DNA of 35,992 nucleotides from Candidatus Stahliibacteriota bacterium (lineage in GTDB: Bacteria > Hydrothermota > Tepidihabitantia > SM23-42). The stretch is taken from positions 1 to 35,992 of the forward strand of contig JAUWGT010000003.1 in NCBI GenBank assembly GCA_030606265.1, in the 5' to 3' direction. The notes beneath the pieces are model-generated. The model searched no databases and was not told the DNA's origin. It saw nothing but the letters and a program-made list of their open reading frames with translations. A program made the position numbers and the translations under genes. This document shows positions 7,570 through 16,047 of the stretch, one piece after another; position 1 is the first letter of the stretch; every line of letters begins with the position of its first letter.

Positions 7570-9986
7570 TTCGTCGCCTCCGAGAAAACCTCAAAGAGAA
7601 ACTTCCCGCGCCCGCCTTTTTCATCCTTGATCTCACCAGTTTCATCAATCTCAATATCAAAATCACCCAGCATTATCTTAAGACTACCTGGATGTGAAAT
7701 CTCCTGGCCCAATTGTGTTACGAATATTTTATATAGGTCAATGATAAAACCTCTTCTTGTAAATTTCTGATTTATCCAGTATTCAAGACCCTGTTCGATA
7801 TTCAGCAGAAGTGGATCGATTCTTAACCCTGCTTCACTCAAGAAAGAAAATTTGTTAACATTTAATAGCAAATTGTAAACTGTGGCATCATCAACGATTA
7901 CTGTCGATTTAGCCTTTGCTTTAACCTTCGAATAGAAATTGGCTTCTCGGACAAGCATACCTGTAACATCGAGTTCACCAAAGGCATTCTTGTCCAAGAA
8001 TATTTCTTTGGGGTATACTCCTGAAGCTATCCCAACGCCGATTTGAAAAATGGATCGGTATGAAGGCGGCAGGGCTGCGTAGGTAGCACCCTCGAAATTG
8101 ATCTTGCGTTTTTCTGCCTCCCTGAACCAATCCTGGTATTTACCTATGTTCTCCTGCACAAAACTCTCCGCGACTTGGACCATTTCCAAACCGCTCCTTA
8201 CCGCTGATAGTACACTGCCTGCCTCAAGCTCCGCGGTTTCATCGTTCTTTAGAGCCTGGTGGTTAGCTGAAAAGATGGCAATGCCGCCGTCACCAGTATC
8301 TTTTATTGGAATACCGCCGTATTTTTCGACAACCGATAACATTGACTCCTGGAAGAAATTTCTTATCTCGCTTTCGCGTTTCGCATCTCTCAATTTCGTT
8401 CCCATAAATGTGGAACCTCTGATATCATAGATAAATATCGAAACCAATTCTTTGTAGCGCGAAATATTGAGTAGTGGATGTTCACTCTTTTCCGCGGGGC
8501 TAATCTTAATGTCTTTCTCAATCATTGAAACCTTACCAGCCAAAGCCTCCTCAGCAAGGTAGCGGATACCTTCTGCCGGTACAGCATCTGATAACTTGGG
8601 ATAATAATCAATCAATTCTTCTAACAGGAATGATTTAACGAGGGGTAGTATTATTTCTTTATTTATCGCTTGCACTCTTCTTATAATCTTTGCTGTGTCG
8701 TACTTCTCCTTTAGGAAACCGCTCACTCGGTACCTGTTCATCACCTCCATCGCCTCTTTATTCCCCTTGATTTCTCCAAGCGCTTCCTTAATCATCCCCT
8801 GCAACTTTTCATCATCAACTTTCTTATCGCCGCTGAATGTTAAAATTATGTACGGATCCCATTCATTTTTCATAATGAATTTTTGAAGATCGCCTGGTTT
8901 AAAATTCATAATGCCATTCAGCTCCTTCTCTTTCTGAACATATTCCTGATACTGATTTTTCAAAATGCGTAAATCGTAGGCACTGCTGATAAGATTACGG
9001 CGCAATCTTTTTATCATATTGTCGATCGATGCTTCGGTTGAGAAATTCTCCACCAGATTTACTAATTTACCTCTTATCGCACTCATCGTTTCTTTTATCT
9101 TGCTACGTGTTGCTAAGACCTTCTCATCTATTTCTTCTTTCTTATTCTTCACTATTTTCGTCTTTTCATATGCTTTCTTCTTGAGCAATTCAATGATCTC
9201 AGTGAGACTAGCTTCATCAGGGAAGAAGAAATGCTCCTTGAATATCTCGCGGACATTGTCATTGGTTAAAATCGTCAATTTATCTATTAAATTAAGAACC
9301 CTTGTTTTTGTTTCAGTATAATAGGTGGTCATAATGCTTTTTGAAATAGCGGTGTACAGATTCTCTGGTAGTCCTTGTTGAAGAAAATTCCTGGTCAACA
9401 ACTTCATTGTTTCGCCGCGGTCACAGCGCGGCAAAAGTGGGATTTTCTCATATGTATCTCTGATCAATTTATCATTGACTATGAGGTCTTTTGTCAATGA
9501 ATTCCTGATGTAATTGAATAGCTGGTTCACGACAACACCAAAACGTTCAGCGATCACCATCCTGTTTTCAACTGGTGTATCATAGGTATGCTTGGTCAGA
9601 AGGTCACGCAGGAGTTTTCTGTTGACAATTTCGAAAATAAGTATTTTGTTACTATCTTTGGCGACAAATCGTTTGTATATCTCAAATACATTCTCACTGT
9701 ATCGTTCAAAGAACTTCTCCCATTTGTTGACCATCGATTGGTCTGACAAAAAATTCAGATAAGTAACAACAAACTCTTCTTGCAGTGAGAAAATCTTACG
9801 ACCCAAATACACCAATTCCCTGCCGCCCTTATTTTCAAGTACATCAAGAAACCCATCGGCTTCGACGAATTGCTTCAATACACTAATGTAGCGCTTAAAA
9901 TCGACCGCATCACGGTATGTCTTTGCGAGATTCTTATAATAAGGTGTTTCAAGTATCAATATGTCTTCGAATTCATTTCTCTGCAT
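7566..9986 (-). CDS. Large helical protein with C-terminal divergent class III nucleotidyl cyclase-like domain (paralog A)
   Basis: SIFIYDIRGST, IKDTGDG, FQIGVGIASG and DVTGMLVREAN; K/E-rich coiled-coil middle; start overlaps the mltG end. Confidence 0.72.
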   Translation of the reverse strand: MQRNEFEDILILETPYYKNLAKTYRDAVDFKRYISVLKQFVEADGFLDVLENKGGRELVYLGRKIFSLQEEFVVTYLNFLSDQSMVNKWEKFFERYSENVFEIYKRFVAKDSNKILIFEIVNRKLLRDLLTKHTYDTPVENRMVIAERFGVVVNQLFNYIRNSLTKDLIVNDKLIRDTYEKIPLLPRCDRGETMKLLTRNFLQQGLPENLYTAISKSIMTTYYTETKTRVLNLIDKLTILTNDNVREIFKEHFFFPDEASLTEIIELLKKKAYEKTKIVKNKKEEIDEKVLATRSKIKETMSAIRGKLVNLVENFSTEASIDNMIKRLRRNLISSAYDLRILKNQYQEYVQKEKELNGIMNFKPGDLQKFIMKNEWDPYIILTFSGDKKVDDEKLQGMIKEALGEIKGNKEAMEVMNRYRVSGFLKEKYDTAKIIRRVQAINKEIILPLVKSFLLEELIDYYPKLSDAVPAEGIRYLAEEALAGKVSMIEKDIKISPAEKSEHPLLNISRYKELVSIFIYDIRGSTFMGTKLRDAKRESEIRNFFQESMLSVVEKYGGIPIKDTGDGGIAIFSANHQALKNDETAELEAGSVLSAVRSGLEMVQVAESFVQENIGKYQDWFREAEKRKINFEGATYAALPPSYRSIFQIGVGIASGVYPKEIFLDKNAFGELDVTGMLVREANFYSKVKAKAKSTVIVDDATVYNLLLNVNKFSFLSEAGLRIDPLLLNIEQGLEYWINQKFTRRGFIIDLYKIFVTQLGQEISHPGSLKIMLGDFDIEIDETGEIKDEKGGRGKFLFEVFSEATK

Positions 9987-10944
9987 TGTATTTTTCCTTT
10001 GCCGCTATATGTTCTCGGAATGTCTTTGAAAAATGGTGGTGGCCATCTCCTTTTGCAACAAAATAAAGGTAGTCAACATCAGCTGGGTGAATAACGGCCC
10101 TTATTGAATTTTCGCCAGGGGAACAAATCGGACCAGGTGGTAAGCCGGTATGTATATATGTATTATAATGTGATTCGAATTTTAAATCCCGTTTAGTCAA
10201 TTTTGTTTTTTTCTGATATTTTTCAGGGTTGGCTATTCGCAAAGCATAAAATACCGTTGCACAAGATTCCAGAGGTCGGTTAGTCTTAAGCCTGTTCATG
10301 AAAACTTTGGCAATAATCGATCTCTCTTCCTCAATTCTGGCTTCTTTTTCAATGAGTGATGCCAGTGTTATTATTTTAAAAACAGAATCGACGTTGCGGA
10401 CTTCATATTTCTCAAGATGTCTTTCGAAATTATCGAGCAGCTGCACAATAACATGAGAATCCGCTTGAGCAGGGCTAAATGAGTAGGTATCAGGGAAAAG
10501 ATATCCTTCGAGCGAACTAACTCTGAAGCCTAGCTTTTTGATAAAAACTTTGTTAGTGCATAAAGAAATAAAAGAATCTCGATTAACAATACCGTGGCTA
10601 CCGAGGATATCGGCAATTCCATAAAGCGTCAGTCCCTCTGGAATAGTAACGACAATATCAGAACGGCCTCCTTCTGACAGTTTATTGATGATGTAAAGCG
10701 GATTCTTATACTTCTGCAATACATAACTACCGGATTTCAAATCTTTTTCCTTGCCTGATATCCTTAACCAGAGAATAAATTCCTCTTTGTCTCGAACCAC
10801 GCGATGAAGGGCGAGGTTTTCGGCGATTTCCCGCGCTGTTGCACCATCCGGTATAGTCACTTCTGTACTACCCAGGTTAATGGGCTGTAACCAGACGAGA
10901 ATAATGATAATTAATATTAGGATAGCTAGAGCCGTTCTTTTCAT
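9973..10944 (-). CDS. mltG: Endolytic transglycosylase MltG (start corrected to ATG 10944)
   Basis: N-terminal TM, TIPEG, LEGYLFPDTY, LASLIEKEA, YNTY..GLPPGPI, YLYFV; ATGA overlap with ruvX. Confidence 0.95.
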   Translation of the reverse strand: MKRTALAILILIIIILVWLQPINLGSTEVTIPDGATAREIAENLALHRVVRDKEEFILWLRISGKEKDLKSGSYVLQKYKNPLYIINKLSEGGRSDIVVTIPEGLTLYGIADILGSHGIVNRDSFISLCTNKVFIKKLGFRVSSLEGYLFPDTYSFSPAQADSHVIVQLLDNFERHLEKYEVRNVDSVFKIITLASLIEKEARIEEERSIIAKVFMNRLKTNRPLESCATVFYALRIANPEKYQKKTKLTKRDLKFESHYNTYIHTGLPPGPICSPGENSIRAVIHPADVDYLYFVAKGDGHHHFSKTFREHIAAKEKYNAEK

Positions 10945-11357
10945 GTCGTGCACGTTGAACTTGATCTCAGATATTCATCAAGCATTATTGATGCTGCGAC
11001 TTGATCGACTAAATCTTTTTGTTTCTTGACCTTCATCTCTTTCATTATATTCATCGCATATTGGCTCGTAAATCTTTCATCCCATAATTTGATTTCGATA
11101 TCAGTCATTTTCTTTAACTGTTTGATGAACCTACTTATTTGTTCAGACATTTTAGTCGCTTCCCCTTTATGGGACAACGGATTACCAATGATGATGAGCC
11201 CAACATCACTTTCTTGAATTATCTCCAAGATCTGTCTGAAGAGTGCTTTCTGAGATTTTACTCTGATGGTTGTCAGAGGCTGAGATATCACACCTAATGG
11301 ATCACTTAATGCAATACCGACTCTATTTTCCCCATAATCAATGGCCATGACTCTCAT
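10941..11357 (-). CDS. ruvX: YqgF/RuvX pre-16S rRNA processing nuclease
   Basis: AIDYGENRVGIALSD, WDERFTS, DQVAASIML; SD AGGAG. Confidence 0.95.
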   Translation of the reverse strand: MRVMAIDYGENRVGIALSDPLGVISQPLTTIRVKSQKALFRQILEIIQESDVGLIIIGNPLSHKGEATKMSEQISRFIKQLKKMTDIEIKLWDERFTSQYAMNIMKEMKVKKQKDLVDQVAASIMLDEYLRSSSTCTT

Positions 11358-11412
11358 TTCTCTCTCCTATTGCGCCTTTATGATAAGCAATACCCCACAG
11401 CGGATAGAGAAA

Positions 11413-11440
11413 AGTATAGTGAAATATCATTAGATGTCAA
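11413..11440 (-). promoter_or_regulatory. Promoter of ruvX-mltG-cyclase operon
   Basis: Minus strand TTGACA, 16-bp spacer, TATACT. Confidence 0.65.
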
Positions 11441-11470
11441 TACAAAAACCGTTCCTGAAAGGCTCAGCAG

Positions 11471-11498
11471 TTGACTTTAGTACTGATATAAATACAAT
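11471..11498 (+). promoter_or_regulatory. Divergent promoter for ubiA-like gene (leaderless)
   Basis: TTGACT, 16-bp spacer, TACAAT, then 5 nt to ATG 11504. Confidence 0.65.
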
Positions 11499-11503
11499 AA
11501 CCC

Positions 11504-12319
11504 ATGGCTTATGTCACAATGCTGCGCCCGATAAACTGCATCATCACATTGGTTTCTGTGTGGGTAGGTGCATGGATCGGTATCGGTTATGGTTTTACCT
11601 TACCGCCTGCACTGATATTGGCCGGTATGATCGGTTTCACGACTTGCGGTTTTGGTAATCTTATCAACGATCTTTATGATATCGACATCGACAAAGTCAA
11701 TAACCCCCAACGTCCCTTACCTGCAGGCAAGGTAAACCCGAAACTCGTTGTTATTTTAGCACTATGTTTGCTAATCATATCCCTGGCATTTTCCCTATCC
11801 ATTAATATAACAGTGTTTTTTCTGGTGCTTGGCGTGTCAATTTTGCTTTTTACCTATGCCGCCTTCCTTAAGAAAACAACTATCGCTAATATCATTGTCT
11901 CGGCTATCACTGGTTTGAGTTTTATCCTCGGCGGGATCGTGGTAAAAAACCCAGTAAGCGTTTTTCCATTTATCTTCTCATTTTTTATCCACATGCCGCG
12001 TGAAATCATAAAAGATATCATTGATATCAAAGGCGACCAAAAAAACAACGTCGTATCAATCCCGATTGCGTTGGGTATCGAACGGGCATCAATAATTAGT
12101 GTACTCTTCCTCGGTGTATTGTGTATACTTTTGCCCCTACCTTATATCCTTGAAATCCTCTCGGTGAGATATATGATTGTCGTGCTTTTCTTTGCCTACC
12201 CGATCATAATCTATTGTTTGATCAGGCTCGTGAAAAAACCTGCAGCTGGTGAATTTTCAAAACTTAGCAGATTTCTAAAATTCGCCATGGCTACGGGTCT
12301 TGTAGCAATGTTCATATGA
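11504..12319 (+). CDS. UbiA-family prenyltransferase, DGGGP-synthase-like
   Basis: RPIN, NDLYDIDIDKVNNPQRPLPAG and REIIKDIIDIKGD Asp-rich motifs; multiple TM helices. Confidence 0.85.
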   Translation: MAYVTMLRPINCIITLVSVWVGAWIGIGYGFTLPPALILAGMIGFTTCGFGNLINDLYDIDIDKVNNPQRPLPAGKVNPKLVVILALCLLIISLAFSLSINITVFFLVLGVSILLFTYAAFLKKTTIANIIVSAITGLSFILGGIVVKNPVSVFPFIFSFFIHMPREIIKDIIDIKGDQKNNVVSIPIALGIERASIISVLFLGVLCILLPLPYILEILSVRYMIVVLFFAYPIIIYCLIRLVKKPAAGEFSKLSRFLKFAMATGLVAMFI

Positions 12320-13068
12320 TTATTAAAACCATCATCCTCGGTATTATCCAGGGCCTTACTGAATTTTTGCCAGTATCAAGCTCAGGTCATCTTGCCATCC
12401 TTGAGAAATATTTTGGCATCGCCGATCCGGTAGTTTTGGCGATCTTCTTGCATTTCGGTACTTTTCTTGCGACCGTGGTATTTTTCGCCAGACCTATCGC
12501 CGAGCTCTTTAAAGGTGTGTTCAAAGGTAAAAAAGCAAGCATCCATTATGCCCTAAATATTATTGTCGGTTCTGTTCCCATCATTATCTTTGCTTTATTA
12601 TTGAGAACGCAAATCGAAGAGACTTTTACAAACATAACAATTATAAGTATCTTCTTGGGTGTAACCGGACTCGTGCTTATTATGACCATGATTTGCAGGA
12701 AGCACAATAAGCGAATCAGTGCCTTTTCTGCACTGGTCATTGGTTTAGCACAGATGTTTGCTCTATTCCCAGGGATTTCACGATCTGGTATGACAATCTC
12801 AGCTGGGCTATTTTCAAAAATCAGTCCTGAAGAATCCTTCAAATTTTCATTCTTATTGTCCTTACCTGCGATCCTTGGGGCCAATCTTCTGGAACTAGGA
12901 AAAATATCAGTTATAGATGACCCGATCAGTGTTTTGATCGGTATGTTTTTCAGCTTTGTTTTTGGCCTCATCGCTTTGATGATATTGCGCCGGTTAGTCC
13001 ATAAGTATTTTCATCTTTTTGGTATCTATTGCTTGGTAATAAGTATTCTTATACTGCTTTTCAAATGA
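12316..13068 (+). CDS. uppP: Undecaprenyl-diphosphate phosphatase
   Basis: QGLTEFLPVSSSGHL and PGISRSGMTI motifs. Confidence 0.95.
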   Translation: MIIKTIILGIIQGLTEFLPVSSSGHLAILEKYFGIADPVVLAIFLHFGTFLATVVFFARPIAELFKGVFKGKKASIHYALNIIVGSVPIIIFALLLRTQIEETFTNITIISIFLGVTGLVLIMTMICRKHNKRISAFSALVIGLAQMFALFPGISRSGMTISAGLFSKISPEESFKFSFLLSLPAILGANLLELGKISVIDDPISVLIGMFFSFVFGLIALMILRRLVHKYFHLFGIYCLVISILILLFK

Positions 13069-15005
13069 AGAAAATAGTATTTTGGATATTAGTTTTCTTC
13101 GTTGCTCAAGAGTGTTTTGGCAAGGTAGAAAAATATCGAAAAGACAATCTGCTGATTGAAAATATCCCAGCCATACCAGATGAATTGGTGCAGCAACTAA
13201 ATCCGTATTTAAATACGCGTTATGCATCTTTTCGCGGTTGGCTACCGAATAATAAAGGCATGCTCATCCGAACACGCCTGGCTGAGGTTTCGCAAATTCA
13301 TCTTGTTGAAGTACCAAAAGGCTTTCGCCAACAACTTACTTTTTCGCAAGAACCATTGAATGCAGTATATGTCTGCCCAAATGGACAAAAAGCTTTTTTC
13401 CTTTTTACCAGTGACTCGGCAGGCAATGAAAAATACCAGATTTACAAACATAACTATCAAACCGGCAAGCAGCAGTTATTAACTGATGGAAAAGCAAAGT
13501 ATGGCGCTATAGTTTGGTCAAATAAAGGTAATAAATTCGCCTTTCGCAGTACAATGAGAAACGGCAAGGACTTTGATATCTACCTCGGCTCTGTTAGAAA
13601 AGGAAAAGCTTTCACAAGGCTATGTAAAAATAGCGGTTATTGGGCACCAATTGAATTCTCTCCTGATGACAAAAAACTTCTGGTAAAGCAATATATTTCA
13701 TCAAATGAATCGTATTATTATATCTTGGATCTGAACACCAAGAGCTTGAGCCAGATAAATCCAAATGATTCAGCAATTGCCTATGGCGTAGCACACTGGG
13801 CAAAGCATGGATCAGGGATCTATATAGTTTCTGATCAATACAGTGAATTCAAACAGCTTCTATACTATGATTTGAAAACAAAAAATAAAAAAATCTTAAC
13901 AAAAAATATACCTTGGGATATCGAAGAATTCGAGTTGTCTCCAGCTGGCGACACCATTACCTTGATAAGTAATGAAGATGGTATAAACAAACTCTATTTT
14001 CTTAACACTAAGACACATTCGATCAGCCAGGCGCGCTTACCTCAAGGTATAATATATAATATTGAGTATAAACCAGATGGTGGAAAATTGGCGATGGTTA
14101 TAAGCACGCCTAAATCACCGACTGATGTCTATACCTTGGACCTCAAACATAAAACATTCACACGCTGGACCTATAGTGAGACCGCAGGTCTTGATACCGC
14201 TCGGTTTATCCAACCTCAGCTGATTCATTATCCAACATTCGATAGTGTCGACGGGGCACCGCGTCTCATCCCAGCATTTTATTTCAAGCCCACAGAATCT
14301 AAACCACCCTATCCAGCGCTAATCATCTGCCACGGCGGACCAGCTGTGCAATATGTCCCCAGTTTTTCGCCAATAACCCAATTCTATTTAGATGAACTAG
14401 GCATTGCGGTCATTGCGCCGAATATCCGGGGTTCATCTGGCTATGGAAAAGAATACATGTCCCTTGACAATACGTATAATAGGGAAAACTCGGTACGTGA
14501 TATCGGTGCTCTGCTCGATTGGATTGCAGAGCAACCTGAATTAGATGCATCGCGTGTCGCAATTATCGGTGGCTCATATGGTGGTTATATGGTGCTGGCG
14601 GCAATGATCCATTATCCAAAGCGTATCCGTTGCGGAATTGAATCTATCGGTATCAGCAATTTCGTTACTTTCTTACAAAATACTGGCAAGTACCGTCAGG
14701 ATTTAAGAAGGCAAGAGTATGGTGATGAACGCGACCCTGAAATGCGTAAATTCTTAGAACAGATATCGCCTTTGACCAATGCTCATAAAATTACTAAACC
14801 TTTGTTTGTAGTTCAGGGATTGAATGATCCGCGCGTACCAGTTACCGAAGCAGAACAAATTGTCAAAGCAGTACGAAAAAACAAAGTTGATGTCTGGTAT
14901 CTTCTTGCTGAGGATGAAGGGCACGGCTTTGCAAAAAAACCAAACCGCGATTTCTATAATCAAGCAAAGATGTTATTCTTGAAAAAATATCTATTGGGGA
15001 AATAA
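13065..15005 (+). CDS. Secreted S9 family (prolyl oligopeptidase/acylaminoacyl) peptidase (start corrected to ATG 13065)
   Basis: Signal-peptide-like MKKIVFWILVFF; beta-propeller repeats; HGGP, GGSYGG, NDPRV and EGHGF catalytic motifs; ATGA overlap with uppP. Confidence 0.92.
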   Translation: MKKIVFWILVFFVAQECFGKVEKYRKDNLLIENIPAIPDELVQQLNPYLNTRYASFRGWLPNNKGMLIRTRLAEVSQIHLVEVPKGFRQQLTFSQEPLNAVYVCPNGQKAFFLFTSDSAGNEKYQIYKHNYQTGKQQLLTDGKAKYGAIVWSNKGNKFAFRSTMRNGKDFDIYLGSVRKGKAFTRLCKNSGYWAPIEFSPDDKKLLVKQYISSNESYYYILDLNTKSLSQINPNDSAIAYGVAHWAKHGSGIYIVSDQYSEFKQLLYYDLKTKNKKILTKNIPWDIEEFELSPAGDTITLISNEDGINKLYFLNTKTHSISQARLPQGIIYNIEYKPDGGKLAMVISTPKSPTDVYTLDLKHKTFTRWTYSETAGLDTARFIQPQLIHYPTFDSVDGAPRLIPAFYFKPTESKPPYPALIICHGGPAVQYVPSFSPITQFYLDELGIAVIAPNIRGSSGYGKEYMSLDNTYNRENSVRDIGALLDWIAEQPELDASRVAIIGGSYGGYMVLAAMIHYPKRIRCGIESIGISNFVTFLQNTGKYRQDLRRQEYGDERDPEMRKFLEQISPLTNAHKITKPLFVVQGLNDPRVPVTEAEQIVKAVRKNKVDVWYLLAEDEGHGFAKKPNRDFYNQAKMLFLKKYLLGK

Positions 15006-15154
15006 ACAGGTGTTGTTCAAAGTTAAAGGCGGAGCAGCCTGTATTGTTTTATGGCATTGTTATATGAATAAAAGATTTTAACGAAAAACGATTAACGAAA
15101 AACAGCTCGAACCGCGATGTCTATTAACGATCAATTAATCTGTAAGGAGGTTTT

Positions 15155-15628
15155 ATGAAAATATTAGTCGGTTACTATTCAAAAACAGGACATACAGAAA
15201 AGATGGCAGAAGCTATTGCTCAAGGCATCAGGAAAGAAAATGTAACGGTTGAATTAAAGAAGGTAAAAGATATCAGTCCTGATGAATTGCTCGAGTTTGA
15301 AGCCATTATATTTGGTTCACCCACCTATTATGGTATCATGGCTGCAGATTTGAAACAACTGTTCGATGAAAGTGTAAAACACCATGGCAAGCTATCAGGG
15401 AAAATCGGCGGGGCGTTTACTACAAGCGGAATAATGGGTGGTGGTGGGGAAACGACGATACTAAGTATCCTTGAGGCACTCCTGGTCCACGGCATGATTG
15501 TGATTGGCGATGCGCGTACGCAGCACTATGGTCCATTGGCAATTGGGGACCCAGATGGAAATGCGATCGATACGTGCAAAAAATACGGACAGAAAATAGC
15601 CGAATTAACAAAGAAAATCTTCGGATAA
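15155..15628 (+). CDS. Flavodoxin / WrbA-family NAD(P)H-dependent FMN protein
   Basis: YYSKTGHTEKMA, FGSPTYYG, GKIGGAF, GGGETT; SD AAGGAGG. Confidence 0.9.
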   Translation: MKILVGYYSKTGHTEKMAEAIAQGIRKENVTVELKKVKDISPDELLEFEAIIFGSPTYYGIMAADLKQLFDESVKHHGKLSGKIGGAFTTSGIMGGGGETTILSILEALLVHGMIVIGDARTQHYGPLAIGDPDGNAIDTCKKYGQKIAELTKKIFG

Positions 15629-15790
15629 GCCCCTGACAAAAAATCCAAAAGATCATTGATCGCTTTCAATATTTTATATTTAATGAAGGGCTGGTGAAAA
15701 AACACCTGATCGAGTTGCGGGTTCTTAACCAGAGTGGATCGTAACCTCTTTGATTGATTGAGGTTCCACTGTGCTTTGGAAATAAAAAAA

Positions 15791-15874
15791 CCGTAAGTCA
15801 CGACTGAAAGGGGTGAAGGATAGAAAAAGTACATTCCTTTTCTAAAAGCCCACCTTTTGTTTCTTGACTTACGG
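15791..15874. other. Long imperfect hairpin; possible structured RNA or terminator
   Basis: CCGTAAGTCA/TGACTTACGG perfect 10-bp IR enclosing further nested pairings; followed by T7 on the minus strand. Confidence 0.45.
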
Positions 15875-15994
15875 CAACTAAGTATATATTACGACTGTGA
15901 AAAATCTGTGAAATCGGTGATATTGAAGATAGTGCGGCTGATTATTCTAAATAACTAAACCCCTGATCTCTCGAACTTGTCGAGCGGTTTGCTC

Positions 15995-16023
15995 TTGACA
16001 TCGATCCTGCTACGGTGTATATT
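15995..16023 (+). promoter_or_regulatory. Promoter for C25 protease gene
   Basis: TTGACA, 17-bp spacer, TATATT; SD GGAGG at 16037-16041. Confidence 0.55.
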
Positions 16024-16047
16024 TCATATGAAGACTGGAGGATAATC

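Noticed and set aside
5305-9986. Pycsar/CBASS-type anti-phage system
   Set aside because: No TIR, cNMP-binding TM or nuclease effector is adjacent, and the genes sit in a core ruvX-mltG operon. Not formally excluded.
15526-15834. 102-aa minus-strand ORF
   Set aside because: Overlaps the flavodoxin antisense and hairpin region; no SD or motif.
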